Below, piece by piece: positions 40,366-50,516 of a DNA stretch of 64,000 nucleotides. Each line of letters opens with the position of its first letter. The stretch's first letter is position 1. The position numbers and the translations under genes are program-made. Below the pieces are notes generated by a model, which saw only the letters and a list, made by a program, of their open reading frames with translations, had not been told where the DNA came from and did no database searches. The DNA comes from a virus: the IMG/VR virus record IMGVR_UViG_3300027763_000027, positions 96,001 through 160,000 of that record; one strand, 5' to 3'.

Positions 40366-40392
40366 AAATTTCATTGAATATCAACGACTTAC
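40366..40392. repeat. Single 27-bp palindrome (last half site of the array)
   Basis: AAATTTCATTGAATATCAACGACTTAC. Confidence 0.8.
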
Positions 40393-40680
40393 ATATGGCG
40401 TACCCCCATTAATTAAATCAGACACAAGAAAGACACCCCCATTTTTGAAAAATTATAAGCGAGAGCGTTTGGAATAGCGTCGTGGGGGTATAAAAATCAT
40501 TCTCCCCATACTAATAAAAGTATTCTTCTATATAGGTATACCCTACCCTTTTTTTAAAATCTATTTAAATTCAAGCTTAGAGTATATCTTTACAAGGCAA
40601 AAAAATCATCGGGGCTATTTATTCTTATAACTCTTTTTGTATATATAAAAATCCTATACTATAGTGTAATAACAATTACT

Positions 40681-40902
40681 ATGAAAATTAATTTAAAAAC
40701 AATATTATTAACAGTTATGCTAGGTAGTTTATACTACTTCTTATCTCACAATAAAAACAATAAAACAGAAATCAAAATCAAACAAAAAGAACAAATAACA
40801 ATTATTGATAAAAAACCTTCAAAATTACCCGCGCCCAAGGTTTATATTTCTTGTGCGCCCCAGAATAGACTAGGGGTAACAAATAACTGGAGGAGCAGAT
40901 AA
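40681..40902 (+). CDS. Small membrane-anchored protein
   Basis: Hydrophobic N-terminus; GTGTAA at 40664. Confidence 0.55.
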   Translation: MKINLKTILLTVMLGSLYYFLSHNKNNKTEIKIKQKEQITIIDKKPSKLPAPKVYISCAPQNRLGVTNNWRSR

Positions 40903-40903
40903 T

Positions 40904-41377
40904 ATGATAGCTTCAATTCAAGAAATAACCAAACCATTTCAAGAGGCGAATATTAGACCAAGAAATTTTGTAATAGCAGACAAAGAATACTTTTGCCCAA
41001 CAAGAGAAACAGTAACTAATCTAATATATCCAGCTTATGTTTGGTGGTTAAAATCTTTAAAATTAACTAAATGGACTCATAAATGGGATTGTGATAACTT
41101 TGCAGACGCTTTTAAGTTGTTTGGTTGTGGATACCACTATCAAAACATCCAAGATGATGCAGAAGGAATAGCTATTGGAGTTATTAATTATATGGCAAAT
41201 AGCCGCGCAGAGAATGGCACAGCAGGAGGCCATGCCATAAATCTTATATATACCGACGATGGCAAGAAAGATGATGGCTCCAATAATATAGGAATGATAT
41301 TCCTAGAACCTCAAAATGGTAAACTTTATAACCTAAAAGCAGAAGAATTTAATAGCATTTGGACAGTTTATATTTGA
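40904..41377 (+). CDS. Papain/transglutaminase-like cysteine protease fold protein
   Basis: WDCDNFA...GHAIN...FLEPQ (Cys-His-Glu). Confidence 0.65.
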   Translation: MIASIQEITKPFQEANIRPRNFVIADKEYFCPTRETVTNLIYPAYVWWLKSLKLTKWTHKWDCDNFADAFKLFGCGYHYQNIQDDAEGIAIGVINYMANSRAENGTAGGHAINLIYTDDGKKDDGSNNIGMIFLEPQNGKLYNLKAEEFNSIWTVYI

Positions 41378-41868
41378 CAAATACAAATATTTAATATAAT
41401 ATAAATGCATGAAACTTTTATTATCTTATTTATTTTATTATTTAGGGGATATTATAAGCAGAACAACTATGGTTTGGGGCAAAGGCTTTGGTTACCATAC
41501 TTATAGTAAACTAATGAATTTAAGTCTTACTCTAGATAAAGAAGGCAAAATCTGGAAATACGTTAAACCAAAAACTAAAAAAAGAAAAAAGAAATGAATT
41601 GGATTAAAATATTAAATTTTATTGACGGAGTTTTTGAAGAAGAAGAAGAACAACCAGTGCTAGGAACTCTTTATAAAATCAAAGGAGAAGATTTGGCATT
41701 TAGATATATTAGATACTCCCAAGAACCATTCTCAACAAAACCAATTTATCACTTTAAACATCATCAACTAAAAGAGCATAAATTTAATAATCTTTCCAAA
41801 ATAGAAAGAAAAGCTAACAGTGAAGAGATTAGAATATATAACTTAATCAAATCTCACGTAAATAACAT

Positions 41869-42558
41869 ATGTTAATTTCTCATAGATATAAATTTCTATT
41901 TGTTTCTATTCCCAAAACTGGAACAGTAGCTATGCAAAAGGCTTTGCATCCATATGGAGACGTTTTTCATACTACAAACGCTCCTTCACCTTTATATGTT
42001 CATGGTAAAGCTAAGGATTTAAAAAAATATTTTATTGAAAATGGATGGAATTGGGATGAATATTTTAAATTTGGTTTTGTCAGAAACCCTTGGGATTCAC
42101 TTGTTTCTCAATATTTTTATAAAATTAATTTTGCTGAGAGAGAAAAAACTAATGTACCACATAATAAATTGTTTATGTTATATTGTAAAAGATTTAAATA
42201 TTTATGCAAAGATTTTAATTCAGCGGTAATATCTAATATGCTTACGACTACTAATCAAAAAAACTGGGCATTTGATGACGAAAACAAAAATTTATTAAAT
42301 TTTATTGGAAGATTTGAAAATATAGATCAAGACTTTAAAATAGCTTGTGAAAAAATAAATTTACCCCAAATTGAACTTAAGCGTTTTAATCGAACAACCC
42401 ATGAAAATTATAAAAAATACTATACAGAAGAAACAATAAAAATTATTGAAAAAAAGTTCAAAGAAGATATTCGAATATTTAATTATAAATTTGATGGTTT
42501 TACAGAAATTATGTCTAGCGAAGATTATAATAAAAGGATTTCCAGCATTAATCAATGA
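41869..42558 (+). CDS. Sulfotransferase family 2 protein
   Basis: IPKTGT 5'-PSB, FVRNPWDSLVS 3'-PB, IGRFENIDQDF. Confidence 0.85.
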   Translation: MLISHRYKFLFVSIPKTGTVAMQKALHPYGDVFHTTNAPSPLYVHGKAKDLKKYFIENGWNWDEYFKFGFVRNPWDSLVSQYFYKINFAEREKTNVPHNKLFMLYCKRFKYLCKDFNSAVISNMLTTTNQKNWAFDDENKNLLNFIGRFENIDQDFKIACEKINLPQIELKRFNRTTHENYKKYYTEETIKIIEKKFKEDIRIFNYKFDGFTEIMSSEDYNKRISSINQ

Positions 42559-42804
42559 TCTCATTTATTACATATATAGTATTAACATATTATTCAATTA
42601 ATTTTGTATTATGGTTGTATAATGTTAATAAACCAGAATATCAAATAAACGATTATTCTCTTATTAAAATAGCCCCTATTAATAATATTAAAAAAAAAGA
42701 AATTATATCAGAAGATATTCAAGAATCCAAGATAGCAGACAATACAAAATTTACTAATAAAATTTATAAAAAACATCTGAGTGTTCGTGTAAACTATACA
42801 CAAC

Positions 42805-43779
42805 ATGATCTGGTTTAATACATTACTAGGACTAAGTGCTCTTTTTGTAGCTGGTTGCGGAGCATTTTTCTCTGTCAAAGGAATAGGATTACTATTCTCT
42901 GGTAGTTTTTGGGCAACAGTCTTAATGGCAAGCAGTCTAGAATTTGGGAAAATCATGGCGACCAGTTTCTTGTATAGATATTGGAATAGAATAAATAAAT
43001 TAATTAAAATATATTTAACTTCAGCAGTTGTTATCTTAATGGGTATTACTAGTTTAGGAGTATTTGGCTTTTTGAGCCAAGCCTTTTATTCAACTAAAAG
43101 TAATAATGACGCTATAGAGTCTCAAATAAATCTTCTAGAAAATAAAAAACAATCACTTAATACTCAAATCAACTCTAATAACGAAAGGATCAAAACCCTA
43201 ACAGATACAAGAAAAAATCAAGAAGTTAATTTAACAAAAGCGCTAGATCAATCGACCACAACAACAATAACTAAATCTGGAGGTTTATTTAATAAAGATA
43301 CTCAAGAAAAGGTAATAGATAAAAAATCTGTAGAGCTAAAAACTCAATCATTAAACTCTATGCAATCTAGCATATCTTCTTTAGAAAATAATATAGAAAA
43401 AATTAATATTAATAATAATACTTTAATAAACGATATTAATATTATAGACAATTCTCTCATCGACCTGCAAAAACAATCAAGTAAATCAGACATAGGGACA
43501 TACAAGTTCATAGCAGAAGCTTTTAATGTAAAAATAGAAACAGTAGTAAAGTGGTTTATATTGTTTATAGTTTCAGTTTTTGACCCATTAGCTGTATGTT
43601 TAATTTTAGCTTACAACATAGCTTCAAATAAGAGATATGGAATCGAAATAGAAGAAAAAATTATAGAGAAAATAATAGAAAAACCAGTAGAAATAGTAAA
43701 AGATATATACCATCAGTACAAAAGGGGTACAAAAAAACCCCACAACTCAGACCTAGCAGACCCAAGTATTAAATATTAA
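42805..43779 (+). CDS. Membrane protein with long coiled coil
   Basis: Three N-terminal TMs (FFSVKG...LEFGK), coiled coil, C-terminal TM FDPLA. Confidence 0.7.
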   Translation: MIWFNTLLGLSALFVAGCGAFFSVKGIGLLFSGSFWATVLMASSLEFGKIMATSFLYRYWNRINKLIKIYLTSAVVILMGITSLGVFGFLSQAFYSTKSNNDAIESQINLLENKKQSLNTQINSNNERIKTLTDTRKNQEVNLTKALDQSTTTTITKSGGLFNKDTQEKVIDKKSVELKTQSLNSMQSSISSLENNIEKININNNTLINDINIIDNSLIDLQKQSSKSDIGTYKFIAEAFNVKIETVVKWFILFIVSVFDPLAVCLILAYNIASNKRYGIEIEEKIIEKIIEKPVEIVKDIYHQYKRGTKKPHNSDLADPSIKY

Positions 43780-44057
43780 ACTAAAGCGTAACCTTTTTTA
43801 AAATTTAATTTTAAAGAAAAAGAATTAACGGCTTGCCCGTGGTCAAATCTTTTAATAAAATCTGCACCGACTTTTGGCATCAAAGCAATATATTCTTGAT
43901 TCTTCATTTTAACAACTACATGAGAAGGAAGAACGGAAACACTGTTTATTTTTCCTTTCATTTCTTTTTTAATAGCTCTAGCTATGGCGCAATTTTGAGG
44001 ATTAGCTTTTTCACCCTCAAATATATTTCTTTCTGTTATATTTATATTTTTATTCAT
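43776..44057 (-). CDS. Hypothetical protein
   Basis: CAIARAIK motif; coupled to next gene. Confidence 0.6.
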   Translation of the reverse strand: MNKNINITERNIFEGEKANPQNCAIARAIKKEMKGKINSVSVLPSHVVVKMKNQEYIALMPKVGADFIKRFDHGQAVNSFSLKLNFKKGYALV

Positions 44058-44692
44058 TTATTTTCCTTTATTTTATAATCATAATTATCACTATCTTCAG
44101 TAACCCATTTGGGGCTATTTTCAGCAGTATAAATATGAGAATTTATTTTTCTTTGCAACAATAATTCATTTGGTTTTGTTGCGAAGCTTGGATCGAACAC
44201 CCTAATCCTATTATTAGGTTGTATTGCAAAATTACCATTATCGAGTTTTATAACATGACCAGCTTTATGTTGATCTGCTCTTTGACTAAATCCAAAATTT
44301 AATTCATTATAATCGCTATGAGCCCAGTCGAGAGTAAATAAATAACGGCCCATATATTCTTTACCACTTCTACCAGTATATTTAATTATTTTATTTTCTA
44401 GCAAATAAAAATTTGTTACAGATATATGATAACTAAAGCTATCCCAAAGCTCTAATTCAGCAAGCTCCATATCTGGAGCATCTTCTATAGAACAAAAAGC
44501 ACTTATAGGCGCATGCCACCAAATACCACCATCTTCCATAAGAAAATTAAAAAGTGGGACTTGGCTAGGTAAACTTGTAACTCCAAAAATTAAACATTTA
44601 TATTTTTTATCGAAACTATCTTCTTGATTTCTTAAATAATTTCCTCTTACAAAGGCTTCAATTGGAGGAATATTTGCGTTTAGATATGCCAC
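44054..44692 (-). CDS. Conserved hypothetical phage protein
   Basis: LNANIPP, LWDSFS, YLFTLDW, QPNNR; GTGTAA upstream on minus strand. Confidence 0.75.
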   Translation of the reverse strand: MAYLNANIPPIEAFVRGNYLRNQEDSFDKKYKCLIFGVTSLPSQVPLFNFLMEDGGIWWHAPISAFCSIEDAPDMELAELELWDSFSYHISVTNFYLLENKIIKYTGRSGKEYMGRYLFTLDWAHSDYNELNFGFSQRADQHKAGHVIKLDNGNFAIQPNNRIRVFDPSFATKPNELLLQRKINSHIYTAENSPKWVTEDSDNYDYKIKENK

Positions 44693-44748
44693 AGCTAATT
44701 TATTTACACATAATATTAAATTATAGTGTAAATATGAATGTAAGCTAC

Positions 44749-45468
44749 ATGTCTAAAAAGCATAAACAAAAAGAAGATAAGTCCGCTCCCGTTCCTCAAA
44801 GAGATAAAATTGAAGGTTTCTTAAATATTCGAGAATTACAATGGACAGATAATCAGAAAACATTCATACAACTTCTTCAAGATAAGAGCACTAAAATAGT
44901 CCTTTGCAAAGGTCCAGCTGGTACAGCTAAAAGTTTACTGAGCGTTTATGCTGCTTTAAATGCTATTAATAGTAAGAAAATAGGCGAAATATTCTATGTT
45001 CGTAATCCCGTAGAGAGCTCTTCTCATAATCTCGGATTTCTTAAAGGTGACCTTCATAGTAAACTTGATCCTTATTTGCAACCCCTTATGGATAAACTTC
45101 ACGAACTACTACCTAAAGGACAAGTAGACATGCTTTTGAAACAAGAAAGAGTAAAAGGATTACCAGTCGGATTCTTAAGAGGATTAAGTATCAACGCAAG
45201 TTATATAATATGCGACGAAGCCCAAAACTTAAGCGTAAATGATCTTTTACTTATTAAAACTAGAATGGGTAAATTTAGTAAGCTTATATTAATAGGAGAT
45301 ATACGTCAATCTGATATTAAGAATAGTGGTTTTGAAAAAATTTACAACCTTTTTGATGATAAAATAAGTCGAGAAAAAGGCATACATACATTTAAATTTC
45401 GAACAGAGGATATCATGAGAAATGATATTCTAGCTTATATTATAGAAAAATTCGAAGAACTTAAATAA
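44749..45468 (+). CDS. phoH: PhoH-like ATPase
   Basis: GPAGTAKS, LGFLKG, FLRG, DEAQN, TRMG, GDIRQSD, DIMR. Confidence 0.92.
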   Translation: MSKKHKQKEDKSAPVPQRDKIEGFLNIRELQWTDNQKTFIQLLQDKSTKIVLCKGPAGTAKSLLSVYAALNAINSKKIGEIFYVRNPVESSSHNLGFLKGDLHSKLDPYLQPLMDKLHELLPKGQVDMLLKQERVKGLPVGFLRGLSINASYIICDEAQNLSVNDLLLIKTRMGKFSKLILIGDIRQSDIKNSGFEKIYNLFDDKISREKGIHTFKFRTEDIMRNDILAYIIEKFEELK

Positions 45469-45503
45469 TTGAAATTTTAATTAATTTAAAGTATAATTAT
45501 ATT

Positions 45504-45953
45504 ATGCTTAAAGTATATTGTTCTCAATGTGGTTCGCCTACATCTTATTCCGCTGTTAAACCTAAATTTTGTAGTGGATGTGGGCGCTCTTTCGATGGTA
45601 CGGTAGTTAATAAAATACAAAATCAACAACCAGTTATAATAAAACAAGAACCTATTAAAAAAAATATACCAAAAATTCAACCAAGAGCACAAATTGAAAA
45701 TTATGATGATGGGGATGATTATGAAGGCCAAGAAGTCAATTATGTTCCAGAAATTTCAAGGTTGGATTGCGAAATAACCGAATCAAAACCAAAGGGAACT
45801 AAAATTAAAGATTTAGCTGGAACATTAAAAGATTCAGAAAGATCAATAGAACCTAATTCTATTATTAAAAGTAAAAAAATGTCAAAATCTGAAAAAAAGA
45901 AAGCGGCATTAAGTATCTTGAAAGAGGGAGCATCTATTCGCGTCAAGAAATAA
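45504..45953 (+). CDS. Zinc-ribbon protein
   Basis: CSQCG...FCSGCG. Confidence 0.65.
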   Translation: MLKVYCSQCGSPTSYSAVKPKFCSGCGRSFDGTVVNKIQNQQPVIIKQEPIKKNIPKIQPRAQIENYDDGDDYEGQEVNYVPEISRLDCEITESKPKGTKIKDLAGTLKDSERSIEPNSIIKSKKMSKSEKKKAALSILKEGASIRVKK

Positions 45954-45967
45954 TTGAGACATAAATA

Positions 45968-46651
45968 ATGGCGAATAAAAAATTAATTTTTGAGAATCAT
46001 ATTAATCAAATTGACAATGAGATCTTAAAAAGAAAAAATAAATGGAATCTACAGAGCATTTCATGGATGGACTTTAGCGATGTTTCTCAAATATTAAGAA
46101 TACATATATATAAAAAATGGCATTTATATAATTCATCTAAACCATTAGCTCCATGGATAAATAGAATTATAAGTAATCAAATTAAAAACTTAATAAGAAA
46201 TACTTATACAAATTACGCTCGCCCTTGCCTTAGATGTGCTGCTTCAGATGGCGACGAAGGTTGCAGTATATATGTTAAACAATGTGTTAATTGCCCACTT
46301 TATGCGAATTGGATAAAATCGAAAAAGAATGCTCATGATACTAAATTACCAGTATCTATAGAAAATCATTTAAATGAAGTACATGAAATCAAAAATGAAA
46401 TTTTAGATTTAGAAAAAACAGCAACAAATATTCATGAAAAAATGAAAAAAATACTTAAGCCAATCGAATGGAAAGTATACAATTATTTATATATAGAACA
46501 TAAAAACGAAGAGCAAACAGCGAAATTAATGGGCTACAGAACAAGCGAAAAGAATAGAGTAGCTGGATACAAGCAGATTAAAAATATAAAAAAGAATATT
46601 ATATCTAAAGTTAAAGTTCATTTATATTCTGGAGACATAGACATAACATGA
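45968..46651 (+). CDS. Sigma-70-like phage sigma factor with Cys-rich insertion
   Basis: Region 2-like FSDVSQ..RIHIYKKW...PWINRIISNQIKN, region 4-like LKPIEWKVY...EQTAKLMG; CLRC/CVNC insert. Confidence 0.65.
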   Translation: MANKKLIFENHINQIDNEILKRKNKWNLQSISWMDFSDVSQILRIHIYKKWHLYNSSKPLAPWINRIISNQIKNLIRNTYTNYARPCLRCAASDGDEGCSIYVKQCVNCPLYANWIKSKKNAHDTKLPVSIENHLNEVHEIKNEILDLEKTATNIHEKMKKILKPIEWKVYNYLYIEHKNEEQTAKLMGYRTSEKNRVAGYKQIKNIKKNIISKVKVHLYSGDIDIT

Positions 46652-47742
46652 GCGAAGACGTACTAATCCTAACAGAAGAACAGCAATTAAAATTATTAAA
46701 TGAATGGAATAATCGCACGGATAATCCACCATCATTAGTAGAATTAGTTCAATTAGCTTTTGGTAGAGACGACCTAGATGGCAGAAGTAAAGAAGGAAAA
46801 GCTGTTAAAAACTTTCTAGCTAGTAGACAAATCAAACCTAAAAAAAGTCACGAATATCAAGCTAAAGGGCTCCTAGAATTACCACAAGAACAAAAAGAAT
46901 ATATAAGTAACAATTGCAATACAATGACAGGATTAGAAATGGCAAAAATTTTATTCAAGAATGATAATCTTACTAATTTGTCTCAAGAGACAAGAAGCAT
47001 TCTAGAATACATGAAAAATATACCTAGCAATATAAAATTCAATAATACAGAAAATGAAAACGCAGCAACAGAAGGTTATAAACCACCCCGCAGCGAAGAA
47101 AGAATGATAGCAAAAGTTAATAAATATGTTCTAGATGGAATTGACAAAAATAAACTTACTCATAAACATAAAAAAGAAATTAATTCTCTAATTGGTTATA
47201 TGAATACTCACAGATTCATTCATCAAACAAATATTTATGATAACGAAGGAGATAGAGAGCTTTTCGAAAGTAGTTTCGTCAGATATACTTACGATAAAGG
47301 CGATCTTTCTCAAGAAGAGGTAGATCAATATATAGTGCTTTGCACAGAAGTTGTTATATCGTCAAATATTCAACAGACAATTAATGTTTTGCAAAATCAA
47401 ATAGAATTATCAATGCAAGAAGATGGAAAAATACCCATGGCACTTGTAGAAGCGAGTAGTACTGCTCGTAAAGAATATAATGATTGTGTTAATCGTCAAC
47501 AAAAATTAAATAATGATCTCAAAGTTAAGCGCAGTGATAAGTTAAGCAAGCAAGTAAAAGAAACTGCATCAGTTATCAACCTTGTCCAAATGTGGAAAGA
47601 GGAAGAGAGTAGAGCAAAACTACTTAAAATGGCTGACATGAGAAAACAAACCATAGAAAAAGAAATAGACCGTTTATCTACAATGGATGAAGTAAAATGT
47701 AAAATACTAGGGATCTCAAAAGATGAGATTTTAAATGGATGA
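46648..47742 (+). CDS. Hypothetical helical protein (possible terminase small subunit)
   Basis: Position upstream of terminase; coiled-coil C-half. Confidence 0.4.
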   Translation: MSEDVLILTEEQQLKLLNEWNNRTDNPPSLVELVQLAFGRDDLDGRSKEGKAVKNFLASRQIKPKKSHEYQAKGLLELPQEQKEYISNNCNTMTGLEMAKILFKNDNLTNLSQETRSILEYMKNIPSNIKFNNTENENAATEGYKPPRSEERMIAKVNKYVLDGIDKNKLTHKHKKEINSLIGYMNTHRFIHQTNIYDNEGDRELFESSFVRYTYDKGDLSQEEVDQYIVLCTEVVISSNIQQTINVLQNQIELSMQEDGKIPMALVEASSTARKEYNDCVNRQQKLNNDLKVKRSDKLSKQVKETASVINLVQMWKEEESRAKLLKMADMRKQTIEKEIDRLSTMDEVKCKILGISKDEILNG

Positions 47743-48674
47743 GCGTAATATGCAAAGTAGATGGTAAGGAATTTAAAGACGAAAAGAGTCTTCATCTTTC
47801 GTTAAAAAGCTATGGTTTAAATAAAGTAAAATATTATCAAAAATATTTTGAGCGTAGAGATCTGCTTACTAAAGAGCTTATTAATTTTAAAACAAAAGAG
47901 CAATATTTTAATAGCGATTTTAATGACAAAAATAATATGAAAAAATGGTTGAAAGAACAGTCAATAGAGAAAGCCCAAGAGTATTGTAAGTCTTTACTAA
48001 TAAAAAGAAAAGAAGATAAGAAGCTCACCTACTCTCCATCGCAAGTAGAACTAAGAACTATAATGGCGCCTTCTATTATTTTTTACAATAAAATATTTAA
48101 TGATTATTATGACGTCTGTTCTTCGATAGGTTTAGAAAATAAATACATACATCCAAAAAATATTATACATCAATTTAAAAATAAATTGATTTCAAGAGAT
48201 ACAATATACGTAGACACAAGAGAACAAAGTTGGTTAAAATTTGATATTCCATTTGAAATAAAAACCTTGCCATTTGGCGATTATTCTTGTAGTAACGATA
48301 ATTGCAATTGCTTTATAGAAAGAAAAAGCTTAAGTGATTTTATAAGCACTTTAAGTGTTAAAAATTTTGATAGATTTAAAAATGAAATTAAAAAAGCTAA
48401 AGAAAATAATTCTTATATTATAGTAATGATAGAGGAAACGCTAACAAATGCTTTAAGTTTTCCTTATTTGCCTCATATAAGTAAAAATATTAAAGCAACA
48501 CCAGAATATATATTTCATAATGTTAGACAATTAATTCAAGAACATGATAATTTGCAATTTTTATTTGTTGACGGCAGAAAAGAAATGACAAAAATTATAG
48601 AAATAATATTCGCTAGTAAATGTTTTTACAAAAAAATAGATTTACAATTAGCATATGATATGAAACTACTATGA
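47739..48674 (+). CDS. ERCC4/XPF-like nuclease
   Basis: VDTREQ, LPFGDY, IERKSLSDF motifs. Confidence 0.75.
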   Translation: MSVICKVDGKEFKDEKSLHLSLKSYGLNKVKYYQKYFERRDLLTKELINFKTKEQYFNSDFNDKNNMKKWLKEQSIEKAQEYCKSLLIKRKEDKKLTYSPSQVELRTIMAPSIIFYNKIFNDYYDVCSSIGLENKYIHPKNIIHQFKNKLISRDTIYVDTREQSWLKFDIPFEIKTLPFGDYSCSNDNCNCFIERKSLSDFISTLSVKNFDRFKNEIKKAKENNSYIIVMIEETLTNALSFPYLPHISKNIKATPEYIFHNVRQLIQEHDNLQFLFVDGRKEMTKIIEIIFASKCFYKKIDLQLAYDMKLL

Positions 48675-50515
48675 TATATTGTCCAGATAAATATATAAGA
48701 GAAGTTAAAGATGTTAATGCCGAATTAGCGGAACTAAAGGGTTATCTTAATGATAAAGAAGCGAAAATTAGTTTAGCTAAATTTCTTAGAGCTAATATCG
48801 GATTTTCTACTGAACTTATTAGCGGAGTCAAACTCGCTCCTTATCAAGAAATTCATTTAAAGGCTTTATTAAATAGAAATTTTAATATGTGCGTTTTTGG
48901 TCGAGGTTGTGGCAAATCATTTATAGCTGCAGTATTTTGCTTTCTTCAATGTATATTCGAACCAAATACAAAAATTCTTATAGCTGGACCAACATTTAGA
49001 ACTGCAAGGTTTATATTTAATAATTTAGAAAAAATTGTAGAAAGTAAAGGGGCGGAATTATTATCTCAATGTTTTGGAGCAAAAGCTAAACGAAACGATC
49101 AATTTGAATGGCAAATTAACGGAGGAAGCATTGTGGCAATCCCGCTTAATGGTGAAAAAATTCGAGGCTTTCGAGCCAACATTCTTGTTTTGGATGAGTT
49201 TCTTTTGCTACCAGAAGAAATTATTAAAAACGTTCTTATGCCATTTTTAGTTGCCCCACAAAATATGAAAGAGCGAATGCAAATTAGAGAACTTGAAGAT
49301 AAACTTATATCAGATGGATTAATGAAAGAGGAAGATAGAATGGTATTTCAAAATACTAGCAAAATGATAGCTTTGTCTTCTGCAAGTTATACTTTTGAAA
49401 ATCTTTATAAAACATACATGGAATGGTCGGAAAAAATAAATAGCAAAGAAAGAGGAGAGGCAACCTACTTCGTAAGTCAATTGAGTTACGAAGCTCTTCC
49501 AGAAGAAATGATTGATAAAACAATTATTGAAGAAGCTCAAGCTGGTGGTTCTAGCCATAGTGGATTTTTGCGAGAATACTGCGCACAGTTTACAGATGGA
49601 AGTGATAGTTATTTTAATGCAAAAAAAATGGAAGAATGTACTTTAAAAAAAGGAGAATCTCCCCACACGTTAATGAAAGGCGATCCAAAGAAAAAATACA
49701 TATTAGGAATTGATCCTAATATGAGTGATAGTCCTAATGCTGATTATTTTGCTATGGCAGTTATGGAGCTAGATGAAGAAAAAAATCATGGAGTTTTAGT
49801 TCACACTTATGCTGGACTAGGCACTTTAAAAAATCATGTTAATTATCTTTATTATATAATTAAAAATTTTAATATTGTATTTATGATTCTTGATAATGCA
49901 GGATCAGACACATTCTTGGCTGCATGTAACGAGTCAGAATTTTTCAAAAAAGATAAAATTAATATTAAATTATTAGATATGGATTCTGAATTAGAAGGAG
50001 ATGAATATAATTTAATGTTAAGAAATTGCAAAAATCAATACAATTTAGATAATAGAAGAATAGCATTTAATCAAGTATTTACTAGTAATTTTATTAGAAA
50101 AGCAAATGAATACCTGCAAGCTTGTATAGATTATAAAAAAGTATGGTTTGCTAGTAGAACTTCTTCTGATGAAAGTTTTTTTAATCACGCAATATCTTTA
50201 AACATACCCATTGATTTAATGAAAACAGAAGATAAAAAAGATTGGACTTTATTAGATTTTATTGAAAATCAAGATGATTTTATTTATCAAACAAAAAAAC
50301 AATGCGTATTAATTGAACACTCTGCTACTAGTAGGGGTAATCAAAATTTTGATTTACCCCAACATTTAAAAAGAAGTTCTTCTGCAAATAAAGCTAGAAA
50401 AGATAATTATTCTGCATTTATGTTAGCAAATTGGGCCGTTAAATGCTATAATGATATGATGGCAACACCTAAAATAGAAGAAGTATCTACTTTTTTGCCT
50501 AGAATGATAAGTTAA
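48671..50515 (+). CDS. terL: Terminase large subunit
   Basis: YQ motif, GRGCGKS, IRGFRANILVLDE, FLREYCAQF, nuclease LGIDP...KDNYSA. Confidence 0.92.
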   Translation: MIYCPDKYIREVKDVNAELAELKGYLNDKEAKISLAKFLRANIGFSTELISGVKLAPYQEIHLKALLNRNFNMCVFGRGCGKSFIAAVFCFLQCIFEPNTKILIAGPTFRTARFIFNNLEKIVESKGAELLSQCFGAKAKRNDQFEWQINGGSIVAIPLNGEKIRGFRANILVLDEFLLLPEEIIKNVLMPFLVAPQNMKERMQIRELEDKLISDGLMKEEDRMVFQNTSKMIALSSASYTFENLYKTYMEWSEKINSKERGEATYFVSQLSYEALPEEMIDKTIIEEAQAGGSSHSGFLREYCAQFTDGSDSYFNAKKMEECTLKKGESPHTLMKGDPKKKYILGIDPNMSDSPNADYFAMAVMELDEEKNHGVLVHTYAGLGTLKNHVNYLYYIIKNFNIVFMILDNAGSDTFLAACNESEFFKKDKINIKLLDMDSELEGDEYNLMLRNCKNQYNLDNRRIAFNQVFTSNFIRKANEYLQACIDYKKVWFASRTSSDESFFNHAISLNIPIDLMKTEDKKDWTLLDFIENQDDFIYQTKKQCVLIEHSATSRGNQNFDLPQHLKRSSSANKARKDNYSAFMLANWAVKCYNDMMATPKIEEVSTFLPRMIS

Positions 50516-50516
50516 C

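Noticed and set aside
28759-40392. CRISPR array interpretation of the 27-bp repeats with 21-bp spacers
   Set aside because: Only two degenerate repeats per locus, spacers resemble each other, loci are dispersed between genes, and no cas genes are in the window.
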